Part shown: positions 19,924 to 28,274 of the stretch, one piece after another
Layout: each line of letters begins with the position of its first letter
Numbering within the stretch: the first letter of the stretch is position 1
Assembly (NCBI GenBank): GCA_964437185.1
Contig: CAYTFU010000002.1
Location: forward strand, 41,296 to 105,295
From: an uncultured Candidatus Saccharibacteria bacterium
Lineage (GTDB): Bacteria > Patescibacteriota > Minisyncoccia > Phycocordibacterales > UBA2100
DNA: 64,000 nt
Direction of reading: 5' to 3'
Notes under the pieces: generated by a model
Database searches by the model: none
Told to the model about the DNA's origin: nothing
Seen by the model: the letters and a program-made list of their open reading frames with translations, nothing else
Translations under genes and position numbers: made by a program

Positions 19924-19977
19924 GGGGAACCCGCCGGTTCCCCGTGAAGGAAGAAGTGGGAAAACCGTGGGTTTCCC
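19924..19977 (+). terminator. two GC-rich hairpins downstream of rpsI (no clear U-tract)
   Basis: First hairpin is GGGGAACC-cgcc-GGTTCCCC (19924-19943). Second is GGGAAAACC-gtg-GGTTTCCC (19958-19977, one bulge). Confidence 0.3.
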
Positions 19978-19986
19978 AGAACCGCG

Positions 19987-20003
19987 AGTGGTCGAAACGC
20001 TAG
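19987..20003 (+). repeat. second copy of the rpsI 3' terminus
   Basis: agtggtcgaaAcgctag versus agtggtcgaaGcgctag at 19881-19897. Both read WSKR-stop, 106 bp apart. Confidence 0.35.
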
Positions 20004-20046
20004 TCGTTCGTTCCACTTTTAAGAGCGAGTGATATACTCGTTGTCT

Positions 20047-20592
20047 ATGAGTGACTCCGATCATGTAACCGACGACGTCGACTTCGAGTCAGAGGACGAT
20101 CTTGGCGCCGTCGCTGCACTAAAGGTTAAGATTCGGGCACTTCATCAATCGCTTGAACAGTGCAGAAAGGAGCGCCAAGAATACCTCGATGGCTGGCAGC
20201 GATCCAAAGCAGACGGCATAAATGCGCGTAAAGAAGCGATAGCCTCTGCGGATCGTTTGGCTACGCGATCTAAGGAGACGCTTATCGAAGACATTATCCC
20301 TACTCTCGACGCTTTCGACATGGCGATGAATAACGAATCCTGGAGCAAAATGGACTCGCAGTGGCGCTCCGGTATTGAATTTATACGCAATCAACTCTCC
20401 GACGCACTCACGCGCAACGGAGTTGAGGCGTTTGGGAAGGTTGGAGATCCTCTCGATCACAATCTGCATGAGGTAGTGAGTGAAATCGCCGATGATGAAG
20501 GGGATTCCCAGGCGATCGTCCGCGTCGTACGCAAAGGATACAAGGCGAGTGATCGAATCTTGCGTCCCGCTCATGTCGTTATTAAAAAATAG
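20047..20592 (+). CDS. grpE: nucleotide exchange factor GrpE
   Basis: Acidic N-terminus, a coiled coil, and a C-terminal GDPLDHNLHEVV...RPAHVVI pattern. Lies upstream of dnaK. Confidence 0.9.
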   Translation: MSDSDHVTDDVDFESEDDLGAVAALKVKIRALHQSLEQCRKERQEYLDGWQRSKADGINARKEAIASADRLATRSKETLIEDIIPTLDAFDMAMNNESWSKMDSQWRSGIEFIRNQLSDALTRNGVEAFGKVGDPLDHNLHEVVSEIADDEGDSQAIVRVVRKGYKASDRILRPAHVVIKK

Positions 20593-20629
20593 CGCCCGCC
20601 CAACTACCAATTTCTCGCGCAAGCCAGAC

Positions 20630-20657
20630 TTGCACCGAGGCGGGAAAAAAATATAAT
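20630..20657 (+). promoter_or_regulatory. sigma70-like promoter upstream of dnaK
   Basis: TTGCAC, 16 nt spacer, TATAAT, about 40 nt upstream of the dnaK ATG. No CIRCE element seen. Confidence 0.4.
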
Positions 20658-20697
20658 TCGCTTGAAAAGACCAAAGTTATCAAATAATCTAACCACT

Positions 20698-22548
20698 ATG
20701 TCAAAAATACTTGGAATTGACCTCGGTACGACAAATTCCGCTATCGCGATCGTGAGAAGCGGCGAGCCAGAAATACTCGAAAATGCGGAAGGTGCTCGAA
20801 CCACACCATCGGTCGTCGCGGTATCAAAGACGGGCGAGCGCCTTGTGGGCCTTTTGGCAAAGCGCCAGGGCGTCACCAATCCCAAAAACACGGTCTACCA
20901 AATTAAGCGATTCATCGGACACAACTACGACGAAGCCGCAGCGCAGTCCGACAAGGCGGCTGTACCATTTGAGATTCAAAAATCGGCAAACGGTGGCATT
21001 GAGGTAAAGATGGCTGATAAGTGGCACCGACCAGAAGAGATTTCTGCGATGATACTTCAAAAACTGAAGCAGGACGCGGAGGCGCGCATCGGCGAGACCA
21101 TCACCGAGGCCGTCATCACGGTGCCTGCGTACTTCAATGACTCGCAAAGGCAGGCGACCAAAGACGCGGGCAAAATTGCAGGACTCGACGTGAAGCGCAT
21201 CATCAATGAACCAACCGCGGCAGCACTCGCGTACGGTTTCAACAAAAAGAAGAATGAAAAGATCGTCGTGTTTGACTTTGGAGGCGGTACGTTTGATATC
21301 TCGGTCCTTGAGGTAGGCGACGACGTGATCGAGGTACGATCTACCGACGGCGACGCGCACCTCGGCGGCAAGGACATTGATCAGAAGATCATGAACTGGA
21401 TAGCCGATGAGTTTAAGAAGCAATCCGGCGTCGACGTGCGCAACGATTCGCTCGCACGCCAGCGGCTCGATGAGGCGGCGGAAAAGGCCAAAATTGAGCT
21501 TTCAACTGCTCTGGAGACAGAGATCAACATCCCGTTCATCACTTCGACAGACGCAGGCCCGCAACACTTGCTGGTGAAAATGACGCGGGCCAAGCTTGAG
21601 GAACTCACAAGCGAATTTTTGGATCGCGCGATGAATATTACGAAGCGTGCCGTGGCTGCGTCGCCGTTCAAAGTAAGCGACATCAACGAAGTCGTGCTCG
21701 TCGGCGGCCAAACCCGCATGCCGGCAATCCAGAAAGCTGTTGAGACATACTTTGGAAAAAAGCCAAACTTAAGTGTCAATCCAGACGAAGTGGTTGCAAT
21801 CGGTGCTGCGATTCAGGGCGGAATCTTGCAGGGCGACGTGAAGGACGTGCTCTTGCTCGACGTGATTCCACTTTCTCTTGGCATTGAAACAATGGGGGGC
21901 ATTGCGACGAAGCTCATTGAGCGCAATACCACCATTCCGACGTCGCGCTCGCAGACATTTTCAACGGCCTCGGACAATCAGCCGTCGGTCGAGATTCACG
22001 TCGTGCAGGGTGAGCGACCGATGGCGGGAGACAATAAATCGCTTGGTCGCTTTAATCTCGACGGCATTCCACCAGCACCGCGCGGCACTCCGCAGGTCGA
22101 AGTATCGTTCGACATCGACGCCAACGGCATACTTTCTGTGAAGGCAAAAGATAAGTCTTCTGGCAAGGAGCAGTCCATTCGTATAGAAGCCACTTCGGGC
22201 CTTTCGGACGCTGAAGTGGAAAAGATGCGCAAGGATGCCGATCTCAATGCGGAGGCGGATAAAAAGAAACACGATGTAGTGGAGGCACAAAATGCAGCAG
22301 ATCAGGTAATGTACGCCGCCGAAAAAGCGCTCAAAGAACACGGCGACAAGGTTGGTGACGACATAAAGAAAAATGTGCAAGAAAAAATAGATGCACTGAA
22401 GGCGGCTCGCGCCGGCACCGATCTCGAGGCGATCAAATCGGCCTCAGACGCGCTCTCGACAGCTATGAGTGCAATCGGAAATGCAATGGCAAAGGCAAAC
22501 CAGACGCCGCCACCGAGCGAGCCAACGCCGCCCGAAGCAGACAAGTAA
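20698..22548 (+). CDS. dnaK: chaperone DnaK (Hsp70)
   Basis: [19 protein letters not shown] and [10 protein letters not shown] motifs. Start taken at the internal ATG ([10 protein letters not shown]). Confidence 0.97.
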   Translation: MSKILGIDLGTTNSAIAIVRSGEPEILENAEGARTTPSVVAVSKTGERLVGLLAKRQGVTNPKNTVYQIKRFIGHNYDEAAAQSDKAAVPFEIQKSANGGIEVKMADKWHRPEEISAMILQKLKQDAEARIGETITEAVITVPAYFNDSQRQATKDAGKIAGLDVKRIINEPTAAALAYGFNKKKNEKIVVFDFGGGTFDISVLEVGDDVIEVRSTDGDAHLGGKDIDQKIMNWIADEFKKQSGVDVRNDSLARQRLDEAAEKAKIELSTALETEINIPFITSTDAGPQHLLVKMTRAKLEELTSEFLDRAMNITKRAVAASPFKVSDINEVVLVGGQTRMPAIQKAVETYFGKKPNLSVNPDEVVAIGAAIQGGILQGDVKDVLLLDVIPLSLGIETMGGIATKLIERNTTIPTSRSQTFSTASDNQPSVEIHVVQGERPMAGDNKSLGRFNLDGIPPAPRGTPQVEVSFDIDANGILSVKAKDKSSGKEQSIRIEATSGLSDAEVEKMRKDADLNAEADKKKHDVVEAQNAADQVMYAAEKALKEHGDKVGDDIKKNVQEKIDALKAARAGTDLEAIKSASDALSTAMSAIGNAMAKANQTPPPSEPTPPEADK

Positions 22549-22561
22549 TCTGGTGTCAATC

Positions 22562-22593
22562 CAAAGAGCGATCGCACATGCGATCGCTCTTTG
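22562..22593 (+). terminator. perfect 14-bp stem hairpin between dnaK and dnaJ
   Basis: CAAAGAGCGATCGC-acat-GCGATCGCTCTTTG followed by cTTTaca. Could be an attenuator or partial terminator. Confidence 0.4.
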
Positions 22594-22625
22594 CTTTACA
22601 CGTTCTAATCACTATAATGAAAGCG

Positions 22626-23687
22626 ATGAAAGATTATTACGAAATTCTCGGAGTCGCAAAAGGCGCGAGTGAGGAAGAAATCAAGGTTGCATTTCGCAAG
22701 CTTGCGCACAAGTACCACCCCGACAAAAAAGGCGGCAACGAGGCCAAATTCAAAGAGGTGAGCGAGGCGTATTCTGTACTTTCTGATAAAAAGCGACGAG
22801 CGGAGTACGACACCTACGGGAGCGCGCATGCGGGAGGCGGCCACCAAGGTTTCTCCGGATTCGACTTTTCAAATTTCCAAGGCTTCGGACAGGGCGGGGG
22901 TGTCGAATTCGATCTCGGCGATATATTCGGCGAAATGTTTGGCGGGGGCGGCGGCTCGCGAGTACGTCGTGGCCGAGACATTTCTATCGACCTTGAGTTG
23001 TCCTTTCGCGAATCTATCTTCGGAACAGATCGCCGCGTACTTATAGGTAAGGTCGGCGCCTGCGACACCTGCGCCGGAAGCGGCGCGCGCAAGGGCTCGA
23101 AACTTATCACGTGCACCTCGTGCAATGGGAAGGGCGAAATACGCGAGACGAGGAACTCCTTCTTCGGCACATTCGCATCGTCGCGATCCTGTCCAAAATG
23201 CCACGGAAGAGGGCAAATACCGGAAGCGTCGTGCGACGCATGCAGGGGAGAGGGCGTGCGCAAACGACAGGAGGAAGTGCATATCGTCGTACCAGCTGGT
23301 GTCTCTGACGGCGAAATGATACGGATGCCCGCACGGGGCGAGGCGCTCGCGGGCGGCACGGCGGGAGACCTCTACGTAAAGCTTCACGTTAAGACTGATC
23401 CCAAGTTTTCCCGAGAAGGCAACAATCTCGCTACCATACTCTCAATCAAGCTTTCCGACGCGCTCTTAGGCGGTGAATTCCGAGTGACGTCGCTTGATGG
23501 AGAAGAGGCGATCAGTATTGAAAGTGGCGTGGTCCACGGCGATATTCTGCGCATTCGCGGCAAGGGCGTACCGCACGGGCGCGGCACTCGCGGCGATCTG
23601 CTCGTAAAGGTCAACATCCAGTTCCCAAAAAAGCTCTCTCGCCAAGCGCGAGAATTGGTAGAAAAATTACGCACAGAGGGTGTGTAG
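22626..23687 (+). CDS. dnaJ: co-chaperone DnaJ
   Basis: J-domain ([12 protein letters not shown]), a G/F-rich region and four CxxCxGxG repeats. Confidence 0.95.
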   Translation: MKDYYEILGVAKGASEEEIKVAFRKLAHKYHPDKKGGNEAKFKEVSEAYSVLSDKKRRAEYDTYGSAHAGGGHQGFSGFDFSNFQGFGQGGGVEFDLGDIFGEMFGGGGGSRVRRGRDISIDLELSFRESIFGTDRRVLIGKVGACDTCAGSGARKGSKLITCTSCNGKGEIRETRNSFFGTFASSRSCPKCHGRGQIPEASCDACRGEGVRKRQEEVHIVVPAGVSDGEMIRMPARGEALAGGTAGDLYVKLHVKTDPKFSREGNNLATILSIKLSDALLGGEFRVTSLDGEEAISIESGVVHGDILRIRGKGVPHGRGTRGDLLVKVNIQFPKKLSRQARELVEKLRTEGV

Positions 23688-23727
23688 CAATCAATTGCCG
23701 CTTGCAAAAGCGTAGTAGAATTACCGC

Positions 23728-24216
23728 ATGGACCTCAATGCGTGGTCAAGCGTTCTTTCGTCGTGGCCGCACGACTGGATTCTTATCGGCGGCATCGCAA
23801 TTTTCGTCTCGCTCGACGCGATGCGCTCTGGCTCTGCCCGCGCGGCGTCGATCGCGCTAGCCTTGCCTGCAACTCTTTTTGCCTTCAACGCAATTCCTCA
23901 GGCTTATTTTTTGGGGCCATTGCTCGCTGAATACACCGCACCAATTGTCCACATTGTTTTATTTGTCGTGTTCTTCGCACTCATTTTTTTCACTACATAT
24001 CGTACCGTCTTTGGCGCATCGGATGGGGGGCGGGTCTTACAATCGCTCCTCATCGGCCTCGCGGCCACGGCCGCTATTGTGCTCGTATGGATTCAGGTGC
24101 CAGCTCTTGAATACGCATGGCATTTTGGCGACCAAGTGCAGGCCGTCTTCGCCCCTGCGCTTAGGCTGTGGTGGTATGTCGCAATTTTCACTTCGCTTGC
24201 GTTTGCGCGGAGTTAA
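23728..24216 (+). CDS. hypothetical polytopic membrane protein
   Basis: 162 aa with 4-5 hydrophobic helices. Its last 19 codons are repeated at 25775-25834. Confidence 0.6.
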   Translation: MDLNAWSSVLSSWPHDWILIGGIAIFVSLDAMRSGSARAASIALALPATLFAFNAIPQAYFLGPLLAEYTAPIVHIVLFVVFFALIFFTTYRTVFGASDGGRVLQSLLIGLAATAAIVLVWIQVPALEYAWHFGDQVQAVFAPALRLWWYVAIFTSLAFARS

Positions 24217-24222
24217 AAGGTA

Positions 24223-24251
24223 TTGGTAAATCCGCGCGAATGTGGCATAAT
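24223..24251 (+). promoter_or_regulatory. sigma70-like promoter at the island's left edge
   Basis: TTGGTA, 17 nt spacer, CATAAT with an upstream TGg, 8 nt before the MNT ATG. Confidence 0.35.
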
Positions 24252-24259
24252 GCGATCGT

Positions 24260-24667
24260 ATGGTAGCCAATTTTACACTCACAGAAACTCAACGATCGGC
24301 TATTGAAAAGCTTGGCGTTGTCCTTTTGTATCTACATGGCTCGGTGGCTGCTGGCACCGCGCGCGCAAACAGTGATGTAGACATTGCTGTTTTATTTGAA
24401 ACTACGCCGCGGGACTCGATTAGCGCGACGACCGCGGTCACGGAGGCTCTACGCGGATTGGTACCGCAACGTGAGATGGATATCGCCATACTCAATGAAG
24501 CAAATCCGCTGCTGAAACAAATAGTCGCCTCGACCGGCAATCTCCTGTACGCGCGTACAACTGACGACGCATTGAAATTTGAGCTGCGCGCCATGCACGA
24601 TTACGAATATTCTCGCCATGTCGTCCGTCTGGGGCAGGAACTTATTTTGCGCAACGTGAGCGTATGA
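24260..24667 (+). CDS. minimal nucleotidyltransferase (MNT-type antitoxin)
   Basis: LYLHGSVAAGTARANSDVDIAVLF (GSx10-ish DxD pol-beta NTase motif). ATGA overlap with the downstream HEPN gene. Confidence 0.8.
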   Translation: MVANFTLTETQRSAIEKLGVVLLYLHGSVAAGTARANSDVDIAVLFETTPRDSISATTAVTEALRGLVPQREMDIAILNEANPLLKQIVASTGNLLYARTTDDALKFELRAMHDYEYSRHVVRLGQELILRNVSV

Positions 24668-25095
24668 CCGAATTTTCTCGAGAATTACTCATGGGCAAAT
24701 TGGTGCAGTGCAGCGAGGCACTCACCGATCTGCAGCGATACCGCGAGGTCGGAACTTTGGATTACCTGCGCGACCACCAGGACATATATTACGCTGTATG
24801 TTATCGGTTTATCGGTGGCATCGAAGCCTTATTTGATGCTGGCCAAATAATTCTGGCGAGCCACGGACAGCATGCAGCCGGTGACGGCGACATACCCGTA
24901 CTTCTTGGGCGAAGGAAAATTATATCTGACGAGCTGGCTAGTGCATTCACCAATATGTACGGTTTTCGCAATCGGCTGGTGCACGCCTACGGCACGCTCG
25001 ATGATTCCAAGGTGGCCGAGTACCTTCAGAGGCATCTTGTAGATATCGAGGAGCTTATCAGTGTATTTCGAGACACGGTGACAAGCTCGGAGTGA
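24664..25095 (+). CDS. HEPN/DUF86 domain protein (HepT-like toxin)
   Basis: RNRLVHAYGTLD (Rx4-6H HEPN motif) near the C-terminus; paired with MNT. Confidence 0.8.
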   Translation: MTEFSRELLMGKLVQCSEALTDLQRYREVGTLDYLRDHQDIYYAVCYRFIGGIEALFDAGQIILASHGQHAAGDGDIPVLLGRRKIISDELASAFTNMYGFRNRLVHAYGTLDDSKVAEYLQRHLVDIEELISVFRDTVTSSE

Positions 25096-25128
25096 AGGCG
25101 AATGAGGATCAGATAGTAAATAGTCATT

Positions 25129-25608
25129 ATGGGGGAGATCGAGATACAGTCCTTGGTGGCTGAGGTCGATCGGGAGGCGGTAGAGTTTTGCCGCGAGATT
25201 TATTCTGAAATGGGATGGCCTGAACATGCCCTAGGTTCAAGCGTCGCGGCACTATTCAGTGAACCTGGTGATGCTTTTGTGACCATCAAGCAGGCCGGAA
25301 AAATTATCGGTACCGGTGGTTTTCTACGACTCTCAAAAGAAGAAGCGGTATTAAAAAGGTTTTACCTCGCAAAACATGTACGCGGTAGTGATCTCGCGCC
25401 GCGATTATTTGCCGATCTCGTAGATAGGGCGCGAGTCATTGGGTACTCCGTGCTCCTTGTGGATGTTTCTTCAACCAACGTACGTGCGATACGATTCTAT
25501 GAGAAGGAGGGTATGAAGGAGTTTTTTGGTGTCTCACCCCACCCGCGCTGGGAAGGATCCTCACCCGAAAGGCAGAAAACTGACCGATATTTTCGCTTAA
25601 AACTCTAA
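25129..25608 (+). CDS. GNAT family N-acetyltransferase
   Basis: 159 aa with the pattern LAKHVRGSDLAPRLFADLVDRARVIGYSVLLVDVSSTNVRAIRFYEKEGM (acetyl-CoA binding motif A region). Confidence 0.75.
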   Translation: MGEIEIQSLVAEVDREAVEFCREIYSEMGWPEHALGSSVAALFSEPGDAFVTIKQAGKIIGTGGFLRLSKEEAVLKRFYLAKHVRGSDLAPRLFADLVDRARVIGYSVLLVDVSSTNVRAIRFYEKEGMKEFFGVSPHPRWEGSSPERQKTDRYFRLKL

Positions 25609-25774
25609 TTCAACCTGAGGTGATCCATGCTTCATTTTCACATTGTCGCCCGCAAGAGAGCGGAGTAGTTCCGTCAGAGAAACAGAGAATTTACCACAGC
25701 CCTCTCTTGCCTTATCGACAGCAAGGTTTAGAGTACACCCTATGGGTGCGTTTTCATGGAGACTTCTCGAGGAC

Positions 25775-25834
25775 GCACTAAGACGGTGGTGGTATGTCGC
25801 AATCTTCACTTCGCTTGCGTTTGCAAGAAGCTGA
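25775..25834 (+). pseudogene. orphan 3' fragment of a diverged allele of the 23728-24216 membrane-protein gene
   Basis: Encodes ALRRWWYVAIFTSLAFARS-stop versus ALRLWWYVAIFTSLAFARS-stop. Of 10 nt differences, 9 are synonymous or stop-to-stop. Confidence 0.6.
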
Positions 25835-25856
25835 GAAAATCAGCGCCTCCATACCT

Positions 25857-25884
25857 TTGCACTGGCTGATTTACGTGTTATAAT
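25857..25884 (+). promoter_or_regulatory. strong sigma70-like promoter, possibly giving a leaderless transcript
   Basis: TTGCAC, 16 nt spacer, (TGt)TATAAT. The ATG of the DMT transporter lies only 6 nt after the -10 box. Confidence 0.45.
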
Positions 25885-25890
25885 CTGAAT

Positions 25891-26787
25891 ATGCATGCTG
25901 AGCTTATCGTCGCAGTACTCGCAGGAATGGGCGGCATGTTCGGATGGGGATTTTCAGAATTTGGAGCAAAAAAATCCGTTGATGACATAGGAGCAATTTC
26001 CAGCCTCGTGTGGGCGCATGTCTTTGGCACGGTGATTCTTTTTGCGCTGCTTATAGCCCGGTCCTCCTTCACGCATGAATCCGTTTATTTCCCGACAGAT
26101 TCCGGTGTATGGCTGGGTCTTATTTTTTTTGGAGCTCTCCAAGCTGCCGTATATTATTTTGCTTATAAAGGTTTCGGAGAGGGTGAGGTTTCCATTTTGA
26201 GTCCTATTTTTGCATCGTTTGCCGGTCTCGTCGCACTGCTATCTGTCTTGGTATTTGGGGAGATTTTGAGTGTAGGTATGGTGCCCGCTTTAGTAATTAT
26301 TTTTGGGGGCGTGATACTGATGAATCTTGATCTAGGAAGATTCCGAACGGCGGGTGTTCGTATCAAAGCTGTCGCCGGATTGAAAGCAATCCTAGTAGCT
26401 ACGGCACTTGCGACGATTTGGACCTTGGGGTGGAACACATTTTCGGGAACTCAGGACTGGATAGTTTACACGACCTTCATGTTTGTATTTATGACACTTG
26501 CAGCATTTGGTATGGCACGGTTGGCAAAAGTTAATTTAATGGAGGTTAAACCACGAGCATGGAAATTCTTATGGCTCATAGCTGTGGGAGAGGTTGTTGC
26601 GTATTTGGCAATAACGTTGGGTTATGCAAATACCTCGTATACCAGTGTCGTTGCAATATTGAGCGGTGCCTCTTCTTTACCGACCATACTGCTCGCTCGT
26701 ATCTTTCTAAAGGAACAAATGACGAAGACGCAAGCGGTTAGCTGCGTCGTCATCATCGCAGGTATCGTCATCTTGGCTGTATCATAA
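25891..26787 (+). CDS. EamA/DMT superfamily transporter
   Basis: 298 aa with about 10 TM helices in two EamA-like halves. Confidence 0.8.
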   Translation: MHAELIVAVLAGMGGMFGWGFSEFGAKKSVDDIGAISSLVWAHVFGTVILFALLIARSSFTHESVYFPTDSGVWLGLIFFGALQAAVYYFAYKGFGEGEVSILSPIFASFAGLVALLSVLVFGEILSVGMVPALVIIFGGVILMNLDLGRFRTAGVRIKAVAGLKAILVATALATIWTLGWNTFSGTQDWIVYTTFMFVFMTLAAFGMARLAKVNLMEVKPRAWKFLWLIAVGEVVAYLAITLGYANTSYTSVVAILSGASSLPTILLARIFLKEQMTKTQAVSCVVIIAGIVILAVS

Positions 26788-26789
26788 AT

Positions 26790-28247
26790 ATGCAGCCAAA
26801 ACACCCAAAATCCCATCTTACGCACGCGCTTAATCACGTGACGCATAAAGCGATTCGCTGGTGCACCCCCTCGATTGATCTGACATTCGCTCAGGTTAAA
26901 AACCCCTATGCGAGCGACACGTCGACATCTTTCGAATCGCTGGGGTATCCTTCTGACCCATCCGGCGTTTTTAAAAAAGTGTACGAGCATGCTGCTAGCG
27001 CATATGGGGCGCAGCACACTCTGTTCTCCGTGAATGGCACTACCGGTAGCAATTTCATGGTTTTGCGAGCTTTAAGCAAACAAATTCCAAATCTTCGGAT
27101 GCTCGCCCAAAGAAATGTGCATAGATCAATTGTCGCGGCATGTGAGGATTATGGAATAAATCTTTTCTTTCTGGAACCCAATATCGATCAAACTCACCAA
27201 CTTTTTCTTCCAAACACGGTAGAGCAAATATGTGAGGGGATTGAGCGGATCAAGCCGCAAGTGCTGCTTCTTACTAATCCTACCTACGAGGGACTTTGTC
27301 TCGACTTGAAACACGTCATTGCGACTGTGCGGGAAAAATCCCAAGAAATGATAATGTACGTCGATGAGGCGTGGGGCGCTCACTTGCATTTTTCCGATAA
27401 GCTGCCCATCTCTGCTATGGATGCCGGAGCGGACATTTGTGTTCAAAGTACTCATAAGCAAGGCGGGTCTCTTCAGCAGTCAGGCATGATTCATTGGAGA
27501 GAAGGGAGAATTAACAACGACCTGCTCGTCGAGTCCTATCGAAGCCTAGGAACCAGTAGTCCGTCCTACTTGCTTCTTGCGTCTTTGGATGCCGCGAGGG
27601 AAACTATGCAAAAAAAGGGCAAGAAAAAGATAGACCACATACTGACAACCGCAAAGCATTTGTCCGACGAGACAAGTAAAATCTCCGGTTTGCATGTGAT
27701 CTCAGTAGACGACCTGACGACAAACTATTCATCAGTGCGCGATAGAGATAATTCAAAAGTAATTGTTGACGTTACCGGTACGGGGTTTAACGGATACGAT
27801 GTGGCAAATATTTTGGACAGTAAGTATAAAATTTTAGTTGAATCGTACAACCTAAAAACGATTCTTTTTCTTGTCCCATTTAGGGCAACGGCCGCTGATG
27901 TCCATACGACGGTAGCGGCCCTTAAAGAAATAGTTCGTAAACCTAAAAAGAACGGCGTCGCGATGGAATACAATTTAATAATCCCGACAAATATTCCTAA
28001 AATTTTGGACTTACATGAAATGACAAAACTGCAGGTCGATCAAATTGAGCGCGTGCCGTTGGACAGGGCTGTCGGACGAATAGCGGCAGAGCATATTACT
28101 CCATTTCCACCAGGTATTCCAATCACTATTAAGGGCGAGGAATTGACGAGGGAAATTATCGAATATTATATTGCATTAAAGGCGTACCCCAATGTCCACA
28201 TAGCGGCGCGCGACAAATCAGTAGAATATGTATGGGTTGTAAAGTAG
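26790..28247 (+). CDS. PLP-dependent Orn/Lys/Arg decarboxylase (fold type I)
   Basis: SVNGTTGSNFMV and STHKQGGSLQQSGMIH (PLP-Lys region). Starts 2 nt after the transporter stop. Confidence 0.8.
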   Translation: MQPKHPKSHLTHALNHVTHKAIRWCTPSIDLTFAQVKNPYASDTSTSFESLGYPSDPSGVFKKVYEHAASAYGAQHTLFSVNGTTGSNFMVLRALSKQIPNLRMLAQRNVHRSIVAACEDYGINLFFLEPNIDQTHQLFLPNTVEQICEGIERIKPQVLLLTNPTYEGLCLDLKHVIATVREKSQEMIMYVDEAWGAHLHFSDKLPISAMDAGADICVQSTHKQGGSLQQSGMIHWREGRINNDLLVESYRSLGTSSPSYLLLASLDAARETMQKKGKKKIDHILTTAKHLSDETSKISGLHVISVDDLTTNYSSVRDRDNSKVIVDVTGTGFNGYDVANILDSKYKILVESYNLKTILFLVPFRATAADVHTTVAALKEIVRKPKKNGVAMEYNLIIPTNIPKILDLHEMTKLQVDQIERVPLDRAVGRIAAEHITPFPPGIPITIKGEELTREIIEYYIALKAYPNVHIAARDKSVEYVWVVK

Positions 28248-28274
28248 CCTTACGTTTTGTTGTATAATGATTGC

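Larger units (their letters stand above)
24217..25774 (+). mobile_element. 1.56 kb inserted island (MNT/HEPN + GNAT) bracketed by duplicated gene terminus
   Basis: Flanked by 60-nt direct copies of the membrane-protein 3' end (24157-24216 and 25775-25834, 50/60 nt identical). No integrase visible. Confidence 0.4.

Noticed and set aside
19898-20697. CIRCE or other heat-shock operator upstream of grpE/dnaK
   Set aside because: No TTAGCACTC-N9-GAGTGCTAA-like inverted repeat is present. Only generic promoter-like hexamers were seen.
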